Origin: an uncultured Gemmatimonadaceae bacterium | GTDB taxonomy: Bacteria; Gemmatimonadota; Gemmatimonadetes; Gemmatimonadales; Gemmatimonadaceae | DNA length: 64,000 nucleotides | Assembly: GCA_963843845.1 (NCBI GenBank) | Contig: CAWJMB010000002.1 | Location: 2,496,001 to 2,560,000 of the forward strand | Reading direction: 5' to 3' | Part shown: one piece after another, positions 59,247-64,000 of the stretch | Numbering within the stretch: position 1 is the first letter of the stretch | Layout: each line of letters begins with the position of its first letter | Program-made: the position numbers and the translations under genes | The notes under the pieces: model-generated | What the model saw: only the letters and a program-made list of their open reading frames with translations | Told to the model about the DNA's origin: nothing | Database searches by the model: none

Positions 59247-60085
59247 TCACCCGAGCGGCGGCTTCGCCAGCCACTCGCCACCGTCCACGACGAGGATCGC
59301 GCCCGTGATCCAATCCCCGGCCGGGGAGGCGAGGAACGCGACCATGTTGGCGATGTCGCGCGGCGTGCCCCAGCGGCGCAGCGGAATCACGCGCTTCGCG
59401 TACGCCGCCATCGCCTGGTCCGCCGCCGCGAACACGTCGGGCACACCGCTGCTCGGCGCGGCGGCGTGAACGCTTTCCGCACGCCCTCGGTCGGGATCGG
59501 GCCGGGGGCGATCGCGTTCACGCGGATGCCGTACGGCGCCCACTCGACGGCGAGCGTGCGCGTCAGCGCGTCGACGCCGGCTTTCGCGGCGGTGGCGTGC
59601 GCCATCTGCGGCCAGCCGCGATAGTGCAGCGTCATCGAGATGCTCACGATGCGCCCGCCGCCCTGCGCCTTCATGACCGGCATCACCGCCTGCGAGCAGA
59701 AGAACGTGCCGTAGAGGTCGATCTCGACGACCGAGCTTCCAGGCGTTCGGCGACAGCGTTTCGCGACGGCGCGTAGAAGTTGCCGGCGGCGTTGTTCACG
59801 AGCACGTCGATCCGTCCGTGCGTCGACACGACCTCGTCGACCATCGCGCGGACGCGCTCCGGGTCGCGCACGTCCACCGCCACCGACGAGGCGCGTCCCG
59901 CCCGCCGCGACGATCGATGCCACCGCCGGGTCGAGGTGCTCGGGCTTGCGGCTCGCGAGCACCACGTGCGCGCCGAGCGACGCGAGCAGCTCCGAGATGC
60001 CGAGACCGATGCCGGTGCCGCCGCCCGTGACGAGTGCGACCTGACCGTCGAGCAGCCCTTCGCGAAAGACCGACGTGTCGAGCAT
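59247..60085 (-). CDS. SDR oxidoreductase, 2,4-dienoyl-CoA reductase-like (apparent indels)
   Basis: [40 protein letters not shown]. Confidence 0.88.
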
Positions 60086-60144
60086 CGAGTTCCCCGGGGG
60101 TGAGTGGGACGCGCGGTACGATACTCGGTCGCGCGGGCGCTCGG

Positions 60145-60196
60145 CGAACGACGAGGCCCCGGAGAGCGCGTCAGCTCTCCGGGGCCTCGTCGTTCG
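60145..60196 (-). terminator. 23-bp hairpin downstream of the S8 protease gene
   Basis: cgaacgacgaggccccggagagc-gcgtca-gctctccggggcctcgtcgttcg. Confidence 0.75.
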
Positions 60197-60217
60197 TCCG
60201 GCCGAACGCCGGGCCGT

Positions 60218-63200
60218 TTACTGCACGCGCACCTGCTTGATCGACGTCGCCGTGAGCCCTGCCCCGTCGGCGACCTTCAGCCACACGAGGTAGAAGCCGT
60301 CCTTCGTGAACGTCCGCGTGTAGACCGGCGTCTGCAGCGTGACGACCTCGTTGTTGATCATCCACGTGTACGTGCTGATCTCGTCATCGTCGCTCGCGGC
60401 GCTCGCGTCGAAGGTGCACTGCCGGGCTCCGCTGCTGCCCGTGCAGCTCACCGCGAAGCTCGCGACCGGCGCCTTGTTCTGCTTGACCGTGATCGTCGTG
60501 GTCGCCGTCGCCGTCGCGCCTTTCGAGTCGGTCGCGGTGAGCGTGATCGTGTGCGTGCCGAGCGAGAGATCCTTGGCGGTGACGCTGGCACCATCGCCGA
60601 ACTCGCCGTCGATGCTGCTCGTCCACACGAGCGACGCGCCGCTCAGCGCGCCGTCCTCCGCGTCCGCGCCGGCGCCCGTGAAGGTGATCTTCGCGGTGCT
60701 CGAGAACGAGGTGCCACCGGCGGGCGACGTGATGGTCGCCGTCGGCGCCCGGTTGACCGGCGCGGTGACCGCGATCGTGCGCACCGCCGTCGACACCAGC
60801 CCCCGCGAGTCGCGCGCGGTCAGCGTGACGACGTGCGTGCCGACCGCCAGCGCCGACGTCGTGAACGACGCGCCGGTGCCGATCTGCCCGCCGAGGCTGC
60901 TCGTCCAGACGAGCGACGCGCCGCTCAACGCGCCGTCTTCCGCGTCGGTGCCCGCACCGGTGAACGTCACCGCCGTGCCCAGCACGAACGACGCGCCGCT
61001 CGCCGGCGACGAGATCGCCGCCGAGGGCGCCGTGTTCGGCGGCTCGACGACGGCGATCGTGCGCACCGCGCTGTGCGTGGCGCCGCGCGAGTCGGTCGCC
61101 GTCAGCGTGATCGTGTGCGTGCCGACCGCGAGCGCGGCCGTCGAGACCGACGCGCCCGTCCCGAGCGCCCCGCTCACACTGCTCGTCCAGACGAGCGACG
61201 CGCCGCCCAGCGTGCCGTCCTCCGCGTCCGTGCCGCCGCCGACGAACGTGATCGGCGTTCCGCGCACGAACGACGCGCCGCTCGCCGGCGAGACGATCGC
61301 CGCGACCGGCGCCGAGTTCACGACGAGCGTCCGCGTCGCGGTGCCCGTCGCGCCCCGCGAGTCCGTCGCCGTGAGGGTGATGGTGTGCGTCCCCGCCGCG
61401 AGCGCCGCCGTCGACACGGTCGCGCCCGAGCCGATCGTACCGTCGATGCTGCTCGTCCACACGAGCGACGCGCCGCCGACCACGCCGTCTTCGGCGTCGG
61501 CGCCGGCGCCGGTGAACGTGACCGTCGCGCCGCGCGCCACGACGCTCCCCGTCGCCGGCGACGTGATGGTCGCCGTCGGCGCCTGATTGACCGGCGCCGT
61601 GACCGCGATCGTGCGCACCGCCGTCGACACCAGCCCCCGCGAGTCGCGCGCCGTCAGCGTGACGACGTGCGTGCCGACCGCCAGCGCCGACGTCGTGAAC
61701 GACGCGCCGGTGCCGATCTGCCCGCCGAGGCTGCTCGTCCAGACGAGCGACGCGCCGCTCAACGCGCCGTCTTCCGCGTCGGTGCCCGCACCGGTGAACG
61801 TCACCGCCGTGCCCAGCACGAACGACGCGCCGCTCGCCGGCGACGAGATCGCCGCCGAGGGCGCCGTGTTCGGCGGCTCGACGACGGCGATCGTGCGCAC
61901 CGCGCTGTGCGTGGCGCCGCGCGAGTCGGTCGCCGTCAGCGTGATCGTGTGCGTGCCGACCGCGAGCGCGGCCGTCGAGACCGACGCGCCCGTCCCGAGC
62001 GCCCCGCTCACACTGCTCGTCCAGACGAGCGACGCGCCGCCCAGCGTGCCGTCCTCCGCGTCCGTGCCGCCGCCGACGAACGTGATCGGCGTTCCGCGCA
62101 CGAACGACGCGCCGCTCGCCGGCGAGACGATCGCCGCGACCGGCGCGATGTTGACCGGCGCCGTGACGGTGATGACGCGCGTCGCCGTGCCCGTCGCGCC
62201 CTTCGAGTCGGTCGCGGTCAGCGTGATGGTGTGCGTGCCGACCGTGAGGGTGGAGATCGCCGCCCCGAGGCCAGACCCGAGCACGCCCGAGATGCTGCTC
62301 GACCAGACGAGCGAGCCCCCGCTCAACGCGCCGTCTTCCGCATCAGACCCGCTCCCCGCGAACGCGATCGGCGTGCCGAGCACGAACGACGCACCCGCCG
62401 ACGGGGAGGTGATCGTCGCCGTCGGCGCGCTGTTGACGACCGGCGGCACCGGCGCCGCCGGGGCGAGGAAGGCCATCGAGGCGAGCCGGTTCGGCGTCCC
62501 CGCCGGCAGCCCGGTCACGACGTTCTGCGTCGCGTTCGCCGAGAGCGCGTCGGCGACCTGCGCCGGCGTCGCCAGCGGGTTCGCGGCGAGGTAGAGCGCT
62601 GCGACGCCAGCGACGTGCGGCGATGCCATCGACGTGCCGCTCAGCGTCGCGAGCGCGGTGTTGCTGCCGACGTACGCCGACGGGATCGCCACGCCCGGCG
62701 CGTTGACGTCGACGCAGGTGCCCCAGTTCGAGAAGCCGGCGAACCCGTCGTCCGACATCGTCGCGCCGACGGTGATCGCCGTCACCGCACGCGCCGGCGA
62801 CGACGTGCACGCGTCCACGGCCGAGTTCCCGGCCGCCACGACGACCGTGACGCCAGCCCGCGACAGGCGCGCGATTGCGCTGTCGAGCGCCGCGAACGCG
62901 CCGCCCCCGAGGCTCATGTTCACGACCATCGGGCGCGACGGGCTCGCCTGCTTCTGCGCGAGCACCCAGTCGAGACCCGCGACGACGCCCGATCCGCTGC
63001 CGCTCCCGGCACAGTCGAGCACGCGCACCGCCACGAGCGACACCTGCTTCGCGACGCCGTACACCGTGCCCCCGACCGTACCGGCGACATGGGTGCCATG
63101 GCCGTTGCAGTCGACGGCGCCCGTGCTCGCCGTCCGGATCGCGTCGTAGCCGGCGACCACGCGCCCGGTGAACTCCGTGTGCGTGAGATTGATGCCGCTG

Positions 63201-63673
63201 TCCACGATGTAGACCGTGACGCCGGACCCGTCGTTGGCGTAGGCGTACGTGCCGTTCAGCGGCAGCGCGGCCTGATCGAGTCGATCGAGGCCCCACGGGG
63301 CGCCGGTCATGACACCGCCGACCGCGGCCATCGAGAGATCGGGCGTGACCGAGACGACGTCGGGGTCGCTGCGAAGCGACGCCGCGGTCGCGTCGCTGAG
63401 CTTGGCGGCGAACCCGGTGATGACGCCGGCGGGGTACATCCGCTCGATCGAGACCGTCGGATTCACCAGCAGGTTGGCCGTGACCGCGCGAACGTCCGCA
63501 CCGGGCTTGAGGAGCACGACGTACTGCCCCGGCACCGGCGACGACTGCGCGAGCGACGCCCGCACGATCGACGACGCACTCGGTGCGGATGTGTCGGCGG
63601 ACGGAGCGAGCGGGCTGTCGCCGCAGGCGGCGAGAAGGGCAGCAACGGCTGCGAACGGAACGATGCGCTTCAT
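60218..63673 (-). CDS. S8 subtilase lipoprotein (aqualysin/proteinase K-like) with 7 Ig-like repeats and a C-terminal PKD-like domain
   Basis: lipobox LLAAC, I9-like propeptide, IVDSG, HGTHVAG, GTSMASPHVAG; repeats NxAPxAxIxSP...DAEDG...WTSS...GTHTITLTATDS. Confidence 0.93.
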   Translation of the reverse strand: MKRIVPFAAVAALLAACGDSPLAPSADTSAPSASSIVRASLAQSSPVPGQYVVLLKPGADVRAVTANLLVNPTVSIERMYPAGVITGFAAKLSDATAASLRSDPDVVSVTPDLSMAAVGGVMTGAPWGLDRLDQAALPLNGTYAYANDGSGVTVYIVDSGINLTHTEFTGRVVAGYDAIRTASTGAVDCNGHGTHVAGTVGGTVYGVAKQVSLVAVRVLDCAGSGSGSGVVAGLDWVLAQKQASPSRPMVVNMSLGGGAFAALDSAIARLSRAGVTVVVAAGNSAVDACTSSPARAVTAITVGATMSDDGFAGFSNWGTCVDVNAPGVAIPSAYVGSNTALATLSGTSMASPHVAGVAALYLAANPLATPAQVADALSANATQNVVTGLPAGTPNRLASMAFLAPAAPVPPVVNSAPTATITSPSAGASFVLGTPIAFAGSGSDAEDGALSGGSLVWSSSISGVLGSGLGAAISTLTVGTHTITLTATDSKGATGTATRVITVTAPVNIAPVAAIVSPASGASFVRGTPITFVGGGTDAEDGTLGGASLVWTSSVSGALGTGASVSTAALAVGTHTITLTATDSRGATHSAVRTIAVVEPPNTAPSAAISSPASGASFVLGTAVTFTGAGTDAEDGALSGASLVWTSSLGGQIGTGASFTTSALAVGTHVVTLTARDSRGLVSTAVRTIAVTAPVNQAPTATITSPATGSVVARGATVTFTGAGADAEDGVVGGASLVWTSSIDGTIGSGATVSTAALAAGTHTITLTATDSRGATGTATRTLVVNSAPVAAIVSPASGASFVRGTPITFVGGGTDAEDGTLGGASLVWTSSVSGALGTGASVSTAALAVGTHTITLTATDSRGATHSAVRTIAVVEPPNTAPSAAISSPASGASFVLGTAVTFTGAGTDAEDGALSGASLVWTSSLGGQIGTGASFTTSALAVGTHVVTLTARDSRGLVSTAVRTIAVTAPVNRAPTATITSPAGGTSFSSTAKITFTGAGADAEDGALSGASLVWTSSIDGEFGDGASVTAKDLSLGTHTITLTATDSKGATATATTTITVKQNKAPVASFAVSCTGSSGARQCTFDASAASDDDEISTYTWMINNEVVTLQTPVYTRTFTKDGFYLVWLKVADGAGLTATSIKQVRVQ
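60726..62146. repeat. near-identical direct repeat of about 587 bp (60726-61312 and 61560-62146), period 834 bp
   Basis: protein repeats 2-3 and 5-6 are identical; only a few nucleotide differences seen, near the left edge. Confidence 0.9.
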
Positions 63674-63912
63674 GGGTGGGACGGCCTCCGGGACCGCTGC
63701 TGCTGCGCGCGAGAGAGGGAGCCGAGCGGCGCAGAAGTGCGCGTCGCCGGCAATCGTGCGGGTCGTGCGTCGTACGAGGGGTCGTGCGAGGAGGGGGTCG
63801 TGCGAGGACGTGCTTCATCGGTCGCGCGCGCGGAGCGTGCGAACCGGCCTTCGAACGCCGGCGTAGCGAGCGCGAGCGTTGTGGAAACGTAAGGCGATCT
63901 ATGCCATCATCG

Positions 63913-63928
63913 CGTGATCCACGTCACA
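63913..63928. promoter_or_regulatory. candidate CRP/FNR-family site upstream of the protease
   Basis: CGTGA-tccacg-TCACA, one mismatch to TGTGA-N6-TCACA. Confidence 0.45.
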
Positions 63929-64000
63929 CGATCACGTCGTCGTCCGCCCTCGCCGCGTCGCCGCGCTCTGAGCGTAAACCGCTAACCTAGTGTGACTTCC

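Noticed and set aside
60726..62146. Diversity-generating retroelement template/variable repeat pair
   Set aside because: Both copies are in-frame domains of one gene, differences are not adenine-specific, and there is no reverse transcriptase in the window
60104..63892. 1262-aa plus-strand ORF and the many other long Arg/Ala-rich overlapping ORFs in the track
   Set aside because: Antisense or off-frame shadows of real genes, caused by stop-codon scarcity at high GC

Overview
Very GC-rich (by eye about 70% or more) chromosomal window from a diderm bacterium. Gene content and order look Gemmatimonadota-like, which is an inference. It is mostly housekeeping: a lepA operon with a GT9 heptosyltransferase-like gene, ROK and PfkB kinases; a Cys/Met PLP enzyme; ftsEX-envC-nfo; maeB-pckA; signalling genes (histidine kinase, HDOD-GAF, PP2C, GGDEF); uvrA; tRNA-Asn; purEK; a general-stress cluster; holB-moaC; two lytic transglycosylases; tRNA-Lys; a 16-kb glgE-treS-mak-glgX-glgB-malQ-treY-glgP cluster; an OmpA lipoprotein; an SDR; and a repeat-expanded S8 protease. 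Many genes carry small indels that look like long-read errors. I found no CRISPR array, integrase or transposase. Best leads: (1) a coupled STAS-GHKL Ser-kinase + STAS-winged-HTH pair with a small double-psi-barrel partner upstream of ftsEX-envC-nfo; (2) a recurrent (C)GTTAGGC word that accounts for almost all TTA codons; (3) heptamer-built palindromes in the lepA leader and inside proteins; (4) a divergent nucleotidyltransferase/metallophosphoesterase pair; (5) sigma54-like promoters in front of stress and storage genes; (6) several apparently leaderless transcripts. All family assignments come from motif reading by eye, not database searches.
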